From: Bugula neritina
Taxonomy: Eukaryota > Animalia > Bryozoa
Assembly (NCBI GenBank): GCA_964035545.1
Contig: OZ037773.1
Span: 5,113,751-5,177,750 of the forward strand
Reading direction: 5' to 3'
DNA: 64,000 nt
How positions within the stretch are numbered: the first letter of the stretch is position 1; each line of letters begins with the position of its first letter. The position numbers and the translations under genes were made by a program. Below the pieces are notes generated by a model. It had not been told where the DNA came from, did no database searches, and saw only the letters and a list, made by a program, of their open reading frames with translations. Positions 34,473-49,547 of this stretch are shown in pieces.

Positions 34473-35239
34473 CACGGGCTTTCCATGTACCGATCTCAGA
34501 TCGATCTCGCTGAGATCGATCTGAGAAATGTGCTCAGATCGATCGTTTTTCCATGAGAGTGTCAGATCGATCTCGCGAAGTTGCCTCCTCTTAAGTGAAG
34601 GATACTTTAAAAGTATAATTTGTTCACCTATTTGAGTGATTAAAGCTACTACTGTTGAAAACAAGATGGTCGTAGTCTAAAATTTAATCCCAGCTATAAA
34701 CTATACGCAGCAAAGCTTTCAGTGTATGATAATTTGGCCAATTTAAAATAATTGATTTTAATTTTTTAGCTTGACAGCTTATATAAAATTAATGGCTGTC
34801 TTGCAGATTATTAATAAACTTACAGGACTGTTTGGCTTAAAATTACAAAGAAAACAGCTAATGAAACTAAGTTTTAATAGTCATTAAAATTCAATTTAAA
34901 TTCTCCCATTTTTTTCAACCTTCTACTGCATATAATTGAGTTTTCTTAATCATTGTACTGAAAGTCAAAGTTTTGGCATCTAAAAAGGTGGCTATCATAA
35001 TTATTTAATACTTTGCTTAGTAATTATCAATAAGTTATCATTTTTATTAGCAGACAGCATTGTAGCGCGCAGTCTTTTTCTACTTCTCAGATCGATCTGG
35101 CGTCTTTCCATGGTCTTATTGACATGAGATCGATCTGAGTTCGAGCTCCACAGACCGACCAGCTCAGATCGACTGAGATCGATCTTTGACGTCTTTCCAT
35201 GGATCGATCTCGCTGAGATCGGTCCATGGAAAGCCGGTG
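34473..35239. mobile_element. Non-autonomous DNA transposon (CACTA/EnSpm-like MITE), 767 bp
   Basis: TIRs cac(g/c)ggctttccatg(t/g)accgatctcag, AAT on both flanks (3-bp TSD), and multiple subterminal AGATCGATCT palindromes at both ends. Confidence 0.8.
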
Positions 35240-36889
35240 AATATGTGCTGCCGAAAATAACTGCCATGTGCTATGCAATAGTCATTTGATCTGCCCTGGG
35301 AACAAATGTCAGAGGAAGTTTGCAAATACTTGAGTTAACCTTTTGACCTCACTTTCCTACAACACTTGTTGCACAATACAGCAGCATAAATAAGCTGTCC
35401 TGTTTTTATACACTGCTAACAAATATTTGGCTGACTCATCTTTACAAGCATCTTCAAACATTTGGGTCACAACTTCATGGATTTGGGATGGAATAACTAC
35501 GCTGAATTTGCATCGTCTATTATTTTATTCACTTTAAAAGTCATGTGTCATAAAAGTAAGCTTAAATCTAATTTATCCTGCATCATAGTCTACATATATG
35601 TATATGAAACAACCAGATGCTACCAAATTACAAAAAAACACTGAGTCATTTAAGTTGCGTTTCTACCTCTACTGAAAAAAGTTCCGAGTTTCAGTTAATA
35701 ACACTCGTCTGAGTACCCCTTTATAGTCTTACTGAAACTCTGTGAAATCATATTGATGTGGAAGCTTACTTTCTAAAAATGAAATCTGACTCGCCTATAA
35801 TCGTTATTTGATGCCCTTTGAAAACATCGTGAATTAGTGAAGTTGACAGCATAAAAGCAATAATTGAGAAGGCGTAGCGGATTAACATGTAAGTATGTCA
35901 TCTAATTGCCAAAGTCATAGTTAACTACCGATATTTACAAGGAGTTATTATTTATTTTTTTAGTGCACAGTTTGTGATTGGTCCACTAACGACCACACAA
36001 GCAACGGGAGGTTGAAGAATCACTAATGTTTTGTAGAATGTAGTTTAAATTTATTGTTAAACGCTTTAGTTCCACAAGCAACACCGTGAAGTCTGAAAAT
36101 AGTACAATTTATGCAGTTACAATGTGTAAGATCAAAAAAGGCACAATTGCGTAATATAATAACAAACAGAAAAACATAAGAACTAAAGGCAACACTGTAG
36201 CTACTGACCTTTTTGTTTCTCTCTATAATATGTTGCTTAATAATGATACTGATATAATATTAAAACTTAATACAGAAGTAAGGCCTACAAAAATCTTTCC
36301 AGAAACAATGCTTTTTTTCTCTTTACAAGCTAAAAACCTCTATAACTGGACAGAATAGGCAGCGTCTTATATACCCCATGGTTTTAGGTAAACATCACAC
36401 TTTCGCAACTAGATCTGGCCAGTCATATCGCGGTACATCACCCCAACCCGGCAGAATCACTCCCTGATAAACCTCCAGATGACTGCCTCCAGCTTCCTGC
36501 TTAAAACACTATTGCATATCCTATGAATGTGACTGTCATACTATAAGAATATCATTAACTTGCTGCTATGATTTGAACAGTGAGCCCAGTAAGCTGTTTA
36601 ACGATGACCTTTGACTGTTTCTGTGTATAGTCCATGCCCCTTTTGATTATTATTCTGAACTCAGCCAAGACTTGAATTAAATAATTTGTAGCAGTTAATA
36701 AACTTACGGATGTTTGTATAGCATTTTGTTGAAAAATAAAAAAATTGTTTTTGTTATTTGAGTTCATTATTGCTACTTTTTTTTCTAAACGAACTTTAAA
36801 TGTTGTTATTATAAGTTAGAATATAGCAACAGCACATTTATGTAAAATAAATAGGCTTTAGGAAAATTTGATCGAAGCTAAAATGAAAT

Positions 36890-39517
36890 TTATCTCTCAC
36901 AGACAAAGTACACTAAGGCAGAACCGCAGAGAAAGTCAAGCCATTTAAAATTAGTGTGCATGGCTATACAACTCCCATAGTTATTTGGCCGAAAAATCTC
37001 CCAGTTCTCATTGCCAAGTTGATCACCATTATCCCATCTCCATTCTTTATTCTCTTTTTTTGCCCCAATCCAAATCATATCACTCCATGCTGTAAAAACC
37101 AGTGAAATTTTGTTTAGAATGTTTAAAGCAGATATTAAACAATCAATAGACATGTGTTACATTATCTATAATATAACCAGGGAGATTTAATTACATAACA
37201 AGTGGTAGAGCTTTATACTACATGGCCCAATGCATATCAGCTCATAACATTTAGTAGCATATTACATATATTATGTCTTGTAAATTAGAATAATTATTGC
37301 AATTGCCATTTATGTTATTAATATATTCAGTTTCACAGTTTTTAAATGTGATATTATCCACTTATTTTGCATATAATGAAAACTTGGCACCATTGAATTT
37401 ATGTATATTATATTTGTACATGTGTGAAAGAAATCAATACTGTGAAGAATCACCTAGAAACACTCTTTATTCAAACAAATGCAAGCTAACAATATTTATT
37501 CTACTTTGTTTGGGCTTTTATATATGATATTAATACAAATATATATCTAAAGCTTTATTATAGCATCACATCTACAACCAGAATATAGAATAGTTAATAT
37601 AATTATTGTAGCACGTGATATGATAATTATGAGTCAGATTTTATATAGCATGAAGTATGTTATACTTGATAATATTATTATACTGTATTTAATAATTTGT
37701 GGGAATAATCACTTGTATGTAATATTTTGGGATATTGTTTCATATGTATTTTGATGACTTAAATGACTTAGAATCTAAGTCAAGTCTAAATCTTTGACTT
37801 TGACTCAAAAAGCACAAAAGTGTGGTTGTCATTGAATTATAAGCTAGAAATGTATGGTATTTTACACCATTCAGTCTGGGAGATGAACACACTTACAAGG
37901 TTCTTCAGCTACCAGAGTCTGGTACCATTCATAGACCTCTTGAGTGTCTAACATCAGGAGATTAGCTCCAATAGATGCACACACAGCTCGAGCCTCATTG
38001 CCTGTTTTGGCTTCAGAGAAGAACTTGAGACAAGTTTGTTTTACTGGGTTTACCTTCCAACCAGGTTCACATGCTGCACCATTCGGTTCTACAACGCAAT
38101 GTAAAACTTTTTTAGCTTCACATGCAAACTTTTAAATTTCGAACAGCTAAGTTGTTTTGAAAGGTTCCATTTATGTGTATAAGTATTTTATTAAATGCCC
38201 TACAACTCCTTATGTAAACAATAACTATAAAAACATTTCTAAATTTTAATCTGCTGGTGAATTAAATGTAAAAATCTCCAAGAAACAAGTAAACCATATG
38301 TGTTTTATTTTAATAACATATCTCACCAAGTTTTCAGAACTTCAATTTATTACTTAAACTTTAGAATATTTTAAAAACGTTTATTGCAGATAGGCGTTTG
38401 CTAATGAGAATATACTATACATGTTTAACAAAAGTAGCAAATGTACCTTAAAATAAAACAAATGTTCCGATTAAAGACTAATAAAGAGTTGTACTTCAAA
38501 ATAAGAAAATATGATTATTCTTCATACATATTAATTTATTAGTGCAGAGAGAATTATTGATCAGGCATAGTAGTGCCAACATTTAAAGGACAGTTTATGA
38601 GAAAATATTGTGGTGAACTAAATTTAGTTTCAAACGAAACTCAATATCATACAGTGTCTAGAATGAAAATAATACTGAAAACTATATAACATTTTCATAT
38701 AATTAGTGTATATTTTTTATGAAAATGAGCAACTTTTGAAAAAATAACAGAGAAACTTTGGTACATCTATACCTGTATCATATACTACTGTGTAGTAAGA
38801 CTCAAAGGCTAGACTGCTGACAGGTTTATAAGAACTGAACTCAGACCAGAAACACTCTTGAGTAGAGTTCTTGTAACCAAACGACTTGCAGTTGGCTTCA
38901 CTCAGACAGTTTTGTGCACATCTAGAAACAGAACTGAGTCTGACTGAAGATGAGTTCAGTAAAACCCGTCCTTTAGTATCTTGTTGGTAGAAGAAAGCTT
39001 CAAGAGTACCAGAAACCTGAGAAGTATATAAACACAGCTATGAGAGAAATGTAACATAATTACATTATAATGGGATTAGGATATTGTAACTCGGTGAAAG
39101 AATAACATATTAAAAACGTTTGCAAAGAAATTAGGACTGAATGCTCTTTCTAACATTTGTCCGGGCTCGAACCCATGACTTTAATTGTGCTTACTAGGCA
39201 AGCGCTCTAACACCCAGACCATAACAGTAATTTGACATTTTGCTTGCAGCGCTAAGCCTAAAATTCCAAACTAGAACCATTCATTTTGGCAATTAAAAAA
39301 TGGCGTTGATATAATCACCTTCTTCCAAAACTAAGACCTTAACTGTACAAGTTTAGGCCTAATTCAAATATAAAAATGTGGCATACTGCAAGCAGTCAAT
39401 TATAAATATGCATTTTTCAAAACGAAAAAATTAGGCAACTCAAGCATCACAAGTTACCTGAAAGCTGTTGAGTGTCAAAAATTGGAGGAAAGAAATGAAA
39501 TTAATAAAATATTTCAT
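36890..39517 (-). CDS. PAN/apple + C-type lectin, copy 5 (intact, type-B leader, RPN/WLD)
   Basis: Exons 39517-39458, 39016-38773, 38088-37897 and 37089-36890, in frame. Confidence 0.9.
39128..39222 (-). mobile_element. Truncated tRNA-derived SINE in intron 1 of lectin copy 5
   Basis: Paralog of 18995-19088. Confidence 0.6.
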
Positions 39518-40280
39518 TATGTATAAATAGCTGCAAATCCAGAATGCGAAATGAGTGCACCGCTATCAGCTCTTTTCAACTAAGTGAAGGCAAAGGTGTC
39601 ACTGTATAACAAATCAGTGTTGAATGGTCTATAAACACTTTCACTGATTGCTCATATCAAATATCTTCCACTCATATGCCATTTTTATACAGAAAGTATA
39701 ACTTTAGTTCCTGAACAGAGATCAAAGCTTCCCAATTGCAACTTGTGTCAATAGGCTACGGTTTGGTAGCCTATCTTTTTGTTTACCTAACTTCTGTTAA
39801 GTGAACCTTGAAACACTACTTGTTATATAAGTCTATTGTATTATAGTATCGGAAATGTCAGCTGTTGTGAAGTAGATATTGTGGTAATGAATGCTTCCTT
39901 GACACTTCTCTATACATTAACAAAAAAGTTTACATGAAATAGATGATGCACAGCACACTTCACATGCATTGGTTTAGAGTTGTGTGCTCTTTAAGGGAAA
40001 ACGCAAACCCTTCAGTAGACCACATCTGCATAGAGCACTTATATATTAACTAGAAACAACTTTTCATCTATATAATATTCTGCACAGGCTAAAGTATAAT
40101 GTATATCAGACATTTTTCAAGCTTTAAATCTGTGCACACTGAAAACCAATAACCACACTCTAAGAGAAAATAAAAGGAATCAGCTAATGTGTGAAATATT
40201 TATTATGTAATTTATGCGTTAATTCAGAAAAAATTGAGCAAGATTTATTCACAGAGATATCAATGCAACTTAGATAATAG

Positions 40281-42780
<2,500 letters not shown>

Positions 42781-44175
42781 TTCTAAGAAAACTCATCACT
42801 AAAATAAAAAAGTCATGAATAATACTTATATATTTTAAAATTGAAATGTAAACTTCACCATATATAGTAATACAGGCTAACGAACATATTATACTATTGC
42901 AACTATAGCAATTGCACAACTCGGAAATATATGAAATCTAAACATTTTATAGAGCACGCAGTGCTTATGGCTCTGACATTTAGAAAACACAAACAAAACA
43001 AAAACCTTTTTATAATGAGTAGAAGTTTGATGAAAAAATGTAGAATTAACCAACCTGATTATTTGAGAGAAATGTATATCTATAAGAGAGAGAGATAGCT
43101 TCAATGAGTTATGTTGCAGAGTAATACCAAAACTCAACAGCAAGTAGAGAACACGTCACAACAAAGTATGATACTGAGATAAGTATATACTTTAAACACT
43201 GATTCTATAATGTACAGAATAAGAGATAGAAGCATCCGTATTCTGAGGCAGAGCTAATCAAACTACACAGAGTCATGGCATGATGTCTTTCTCATTGTCT
43301 GATTAATGTCGTATAACTCATAAATTCCTTACTAGTAAATTACTAGTTATTAGAGTCATTGTTACAAAAAAAATTGTTTTTTACTAACAACTTGAGATTT
43401 TTTACATCGACATAAAACATGCTTAGATGAATTTTCTTTTTTTTGAAAATCGCAGAGCAGGCTCTTTCAAAACTCACATCAATTACCACATATTTGGAAT
43501 AACACTTTTATATCAATTTATTCATTATTTAGGTGTAGGATAAAGACTATAAAAAGGAATATAATGCATTATAGTGCGCTTGAGTGTTGTAAATATGAAT
43601 TAGCAAAGTTATAGCTATCTACAAGCAAACATTTTTTTTATCAATGAATCCTTTTAGAGTCTACAGATATATTTTTGAACTAAGTAGGTGTAAACTATTA
43701 ATTTCTAGTAATAGTTTAAAGTTATATACAGTAGAATGAGTTTTTTATGAAACAATAAATTTAGACTAATTTATAATTATGTTAAAAATAAAAAAATATG
43801 TTTTTTCTTATGTTAATATGAAAAACATTCAATTTCAGTCAATTAATTAAAAGAAAATGGTGCTGCATGTATGGGAAAATAGCCTATCAATTACTATTTA
43901 CAAATATATCAACTGGTGTGTTCATTAAAAGTATTTGAAAAAGCCATACAATTAAGACTGGTGAATTTTTAAAATACATATAATATTATATAAGAAAACT
44001 TTGAACTCATTATTATCAAAAGTTACATATTCTTATTATATTATATTTCAACATAAGAAATTACAAACAAAATTAAAATAGTGTTTACAATGAAATTGAT
44101 TTCTACTATAACTTCAGCTATAAACAAATTCTTATTTTAAAAAATTTGTCTTGCAATCTTTTAACTGATCAACAT

Positions 44176-47100
44176 CTATTCCAGATGTTTTTCACACACA
44201 TATCTAATATAACTTGATTCACAAGTATCGTCATCCCAATGGAAGTTTGGGAGCATGGCAAGACAACTCCCTGAGCCATCAGGCTGACTAATAAAAAATC
44301 TCTTCATATCCAATGAGTCACCATTATTCCACGTCCAATCATCACCATCCTTAGTAGCACCCAGCCATATTGCAAACTTCCATGCTGTAATCAACAAACT
44401 ATGCATTATTTGGATCCAGTCACAACTTTCTTAGGTTTTAGAAACTTGTAGTTTTAAACACTACACTATTTAAATACTATAATAATCATATAACGTTTAC
44501 AGCTATTATATATTTGTAAATCGTGTATTATGTATTCAAAATTAAAATATTGATAACCGATATAACTTCAAAACTATAAACTGCTGAGAAAATGATGAAA
44601 TTTTCAACCTAAAAAAATGTCGCAAAAATCAATAATCAAATTAAATTAACAGCGCAATAAATTTGAAAGCAATGGTTTGCATGACGACTTACAAAGTATG
44701 CAATTATCTCCAACATATATTTGCTGTTCTTGAGATTATAAATAATTAAATAATATAGCGTGATACTTCAACTGGAAAATAGCACTTTATTATAAACACA
44801 GCTCTAATACCTGATACTTTATTACCAATAATTTTGCTCTATAATTGTTTGTATTTCTTACACAGTGTTAATTACACAGATAGTGTGTCCTCTCATGCTT
44901 GTAATTCTAATCTAGTTATATATATAAACCTAATCAGATTATATTGCTTCTTTTGTGGGCGTATAACCACTCATTTTATTTTTACATAATTAAAAATTTT
45001 GATGCAACTTAAAAATATGGCTTTGAATTTATCTCAACGCTAACTTTGGTAAAAGTTTTGCAAATTTGTTTGCATATTTTTTAAATCTTCTAAAGCATTT
45101 TCTATGACTAAAGCTAACAAATGAATATCAATAGAAAGATTGGAAATATACTGCAGAAGTGATAAAACTTACAAGGTTCTTCAGCCAACAGAGTCTGGTA
45201 CCATTCAATGACTTCTTCAGAGTTCAACATAAGGAGAGAAGCTCCAAATGATTGGCAACTTTCTTTGGCTTTATTTGCAGTTTTAGTCTTAGAGAAAAAT
45301 TTGATACAAGTTGTGTTAACAGTGCACATCACACTGCCAGGCTCTACAACACAGTGTTATCACACTACATCTTATAAGTTTGATGGTTTTACCACAGTGT
45401 TGAGAGAGATAGTCTGTAGTTTTGAGTATACCCGTTAGCCCCAGGGCTGTTATGATTCAAGTGCAGCTGCTTGCAAGACGAGAAGTCTTGAGTTCGAATC
45501 CCAGTGGGAGAAAGAGTTTTATATAATCAATTTGAAAAGGATGCATTGTAAGATGATCTGATGTTGACAAGCTACAAGCTAGCAAGTACTAAAGCTACTG
45601 ACAAGTGATAGCCGAAGGAAAGCCAGCAAGGAACACTCTGGAGTTAGAGCTTAGCCTGGTAGGTTAACACTACATGGCGCAGTCGGCAGGATATTGAGGA
45701 GACAAGAGTTACAATAGAGAGAAGTGTGTTGTTTGGAGTTCATTAGACTTCAGAGGTTTATATTTGAGGGAAAAGAGTTGAGAGGCTTGTTGAGAAAGGT
45801 GGTGAGTGTTGACTTTTGAGCAATTTATAAATAATACTAATAGATTCAGAATAAGAGTGCCGGCGAAAGGTACTGAGAATTAAACTTTGAGAGACACGGA
45901 TGCGCCCAGGGATTGAAACTGAGAGTACAGTGCATAATCACGAGATAGCTGCTTAAAATTAAATTGTTTTATTTACTCTATTAAAACTGCTTAAGTGTAG
46001 TATGGCTCATGAAGACATCAAATTAGACCTTATTGCTTTTCCTAAATTAAAGTTGGATGAAAGCAACATAACCAAATCTTGGAACTCATGGCTCATTCAA
46101 TTTAAATTGAGTATAGAAGGTACTTCCCTTAATGCAGGGTTTGAAGTAGTGGGGGATGGACAGGTTAGCAGATTTAGAGGTAGGAGAAAGCTTTTAGCTC
46201 TGTTAGGAGCTGTAGGGTCAGAAGGTCTTGATACTTTACAGTCATTAGGTTTTGATTTGAATAATAACTCTGATGATGGATATGAGTTAGCCTTAGACTT
46301 ACTGCAATCTCACTATGATAGAGATGATACATTTTATGTGAAAACCATGAAGTTTGTCACTGTGACCCAAGCTTGTGGAGAAAACGAAATTGATTATTTG
46401 CTAAGAGTTGAGAAACTAAGTAGAGCAATAAACTTTGGCAATAATGATGATGTTAGAATGGGATTTGCAGTTGCACTAGCAGTTAATGGTTTAAGAAATG
46501 CAGGATTACGTAGACATTTGTTGCAGCATGCTAATCTAAGCTGGAAACAGCTGAAAAAGAAAAGTCGTGCTGCACATTTAAGTAAACTTTCCGAGGATGC
46601 TTTAAATGCAATAAACAATGAATGCATAGATGAACAATCAATTGGTAGACTCACATATTCTTACCGAGCTAATGGTAGCTCAGAACACTGTAAGAAAAGA
46701 GATAAAGTTCTACATAAATCTAATTATGATAAGACAACTTCTATCAATAGAGACAACTCTTTTTCAAAGAAAAAAGAGGCATGTCATTCATATCAACATT
46801 GTAGTTATAAATTGCAAAATGCTTACAAAAGTCATGGCAGATGCTTTAGATGTGACCGTACAGGACATTATGTGAGAAACTGTCCTAAAACCCATTGCTA
46901 CATGTGCAAGGAATTCGGCCACATTGCTCAAGATTGTTCTGATAACAAAAGATACCATCACAAAAAGAGATATGTGGAACAAAGAGAAAACAGGATCGGA
47001 GTTATGGACTCCCTAAAATCAATGAAGTTTTCTACAAAGAGTGATGGGACTTATAATCACAATGTCAGTCCTAAAATAACAAGGACTTTATTAGTTAGTG

Positions 47101-49239
47101 GTAGACGTGTAGAATTCTTGCTAGATACTGGGTCTGAAGTTTCTACACTTACTGAGGCTACTGCAGAAAAGTTAAACATTAAATTAAAGGAACCAGATAA
47201 GCATATTACAGGTGTTGATAAGTCTTTGGTGAATGTGCTAGGCAGAGCTAAGGTTTGCATTGGCTACTTCAACAGATTTGTGGATACCAAGATTTATGTA
47301 TTGGCAAACTCTACCGAAAATTTGCTTGGTATAGCTGATATTACTAGGTTAAAATTGCTGGATCTACAATGTTGATATAAAATGATACATGTGTGTTGTA
47401 GATATGGAAAAGTGTGTTGATGTTCACTGTAATGATATAAACACATTATTGCAGTGGAATACTAAGGAATGACAGGCAGAAGCAGTTACCACTAATGTTG
47501 TGTGCTCCCGTGAGTTTAACTCATGAAAGACTCTGTAAGCCGGCGAGAGAAGTCAGTTGTGACCCTCGCTGTTGCTTCACGGGGTGTGAGCCGAGTGTAG
47601 TCTATATGCAGACCCTCGACATCTCACTTTCAGATAACATGATAAATGTGAGGTTTGACCTCAGTACTGACATGACATCAACATTGCCAATAACGTTGTC
47701 TGCTCCTGTGAGTTCCTTAGTTTAACTCATAGAAGACTCTGCAAGCTAGCAAGAGAAGTCTGCCTTGACCCTTGCTGCTACTTCACTTGCAGATAATATG
47801 ATAAATGTCAAATTTGGCATTGTTCTTCCCAACAGTGCTAGCAATGCGAGGAAGTGGGATTCGACATCTAGGACTGAGCCACTTTGAACCATTCATAATA
47901 AGTTTAAGTATTCAAGGGCATTAGTTGAAAGCTAGTTTTGTTTGAATTGATTGCACTTCTCTTTTAAAAGAAAAGGGCATGTGGAATTATTAGCATGATG
48001 ATGATGATAATATAGTTATGTGTTCTGGCATTCTGAAAATGTGCTCTTGTGCTCGCTTCTCTTTTGTAAGGAGGGAGCATGTAAGATGATCTGATGTTGA
48101 CAAGCTACAAGCTAGCAAGTACTAAAGCTATTGACAAGTGATAGTCGAAGGAAAGCCAACAAGGAACACTCTGGAGTTAGAGCTTAGCCTGGTAGGTTAA
48201 CTTTACATGCATGTTTTAGAATAAAGACGATTGTAATTCAATGCAGAAAAAAGTGCTAACTAAATAATTAACCCTTTTAGTATTATAGGAAAGTTGAAAT
48301 GTGTACGAAATAAATGTTTTTAATAATACACAAACAAACAAAAATGGACATTTTGGTCGATTTTAACATATCTATGATTAGAGATTTTTATCATAATTAA
48401 AGAAACTATAAACTCATAAAAAAAGTAAAGTACACATATACCTGCATCATATATCACATCAAAACCTGCACTATTTGTAGTTAGCCAGGCTTGATAGGAG
48501 CTGTACTTGGACCAGAAACACTCCTGAGTAAAAGTCTTATAAGCAAAAGATTTACAGCCAGTATTTCTCATACAGTGTTTTGCACATCTGGGGACAGAGC
48601 TGAGTGTAACTGAAGTTGGACTCACTAAAACTCTGTTTGTAGAGTTTTGATAGTAGTAAAGATTTTCTGTCGTTGTACCAAAACTCTATAATAAATATTA
48701 TATTTTACTATTATATTAGCTGCTAAATTATACAATTAAAAGGCAATAGCTGCAGTATATGTGATTATTTATAGAAAGGTTTATCTTTTTCATCAAAGTT
48801 ACAAAATTTTATGTATCACCTTTCAGTGAACTAGTATTCATTATTCACTGCTTTTATATAAGTTAGATGGTATAACTGAATTTATGTATTGATAGATTAT
48901 TGATAGATTCATTATATTTAGCTCAAAACACATCTAGTATATGTGATAGCCTCTGGAACATATAGTAAATTGTTCTGATAAACTCAACATAATGAATCTC
49001 AGCTGAATAAAGAGCATTATAGAATAAACAAAAACAAATATAGTATAGACCGTAGAATCAGTTAAAAATTTTATGTGTTCAAAGTCAGAGTCTTTATAAT
49101 TAACTTGGATCAGTTACTTAAATTGTTGTATAGATTAAGTACAACATTGGTTTAAATTATATGAAATATTATACCGTACCTGGTAAGTTGCTAAGAGGTG
49201 AAAGAGGAAAGCCTTGTAATTAATAGTCGAAAACATCAT
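44176..49239 (-). CDS. PAN/apple + C-type lectin, copy 6 (QPD/WDD); open frame with a 7-aa deletion and an LTR element in intron 2
   Basis: Exons 49239-49180, 48685-48442, 45343-45173 (171 nt, lacks DGWTLNP) and 44384-44176. Confidence 0.8.
45547..48207 (+). mobile_element. Non-autonomous Ty3/gypsy-like LTR retrotransposon (Gag-protease only), 2661 bp
   Basis: 128-bp TG..CA LTRs at 45547-45674 and 48080-48207 (5 mismatches). PBS tggcgcagtcggcaggat at 45675-45692 is complementary to a tRNA-Ser 3' end. PPT aaggagggag. TSD TGCAT. The empty site is visible at 25081-25100. Confidence 0.95.
46002..47375 (+). CDS. gag: Retrotransposon Gag + aspartic protease polyprotein (457 aa)
   Basis: Two CCHC knuckles (CFRCDRTGHYVRNC, CYMCKEFGHIAQDC), retropepsin motif FLLDTGS and C-terminal NLLGIAD. 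A stop follows the protease. Confidence 0.92.
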   Translation: MAHEDIKLDLIAFPKLKLDESNITKSWNSWLIQFKLSIEGTSLNAGFEVVGDGQVSRFRGRRKLLALLGAVGSEGLDTLQSLGFDLNNNSDDGYELALDLLQSHYDRDDTFYVKTMKFVTVTQACGENEIDYLLRVEKLSRAINFGNNDDVRMGFAVALAVNGLRNAGLRRHLLQHANLSWKQLKKKSRAAHLSKLSEDALNAINNECIDEQSIGRLTYSYRANGSSEHCKKRDKVLHKSNYDKTTSINRDNSFSKKKEACHSYQHCSYKLQNAYKSHGRCFRCDRTGHYVRNCPKTHCYMCKEFGHIAQDCSDNKRYHHKKRYVEQRENRIGVMDSLKSMKFSTKSDGTYNHNVSPKITRTLLVSGRRVEFLLDTGSEVSTLTEATAEKLNIKLKEPDKHITGVDKSLVNVLGRAKVCIGYFNRFVDTKIYVLANSTENLLGIADITRLKLLDLQC

Positions 49240-49547
49240 CTTGTAATTTTATCTGCCAATTTCTATGCAGCCAAAGGAGTTAAACTACATTGACCTCAAA
49301 CTTTGAACCGTGTGTATGTTTAATTTTTATTTAGCAGAAAAATAAGATGTTATTTAAGAAGTAAGATTATTGATTATTGATTATCCAAACATTACCTTTG
49401 GCATCTTAGCGCAAGAACAAACACATTTAAGTATATTTGCATGTTTGTATAATTGGCATACATTTCTTTGTGTTTAACAAAAAAACCTCTATTTCCTATG
49501 GTTTTAAATATTATTTAAAGAATATTTTTCATTAACATAGCATTATA

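Noticed and set aside
34473-35239. Repeated GATCGATC motifs as a CRISPR-like or bacterial methylation array
   Set aside because: The context is eukaryotic, there is no repeat-spacer periodicity, and the motifs are explained as transposon subterminal repeats.
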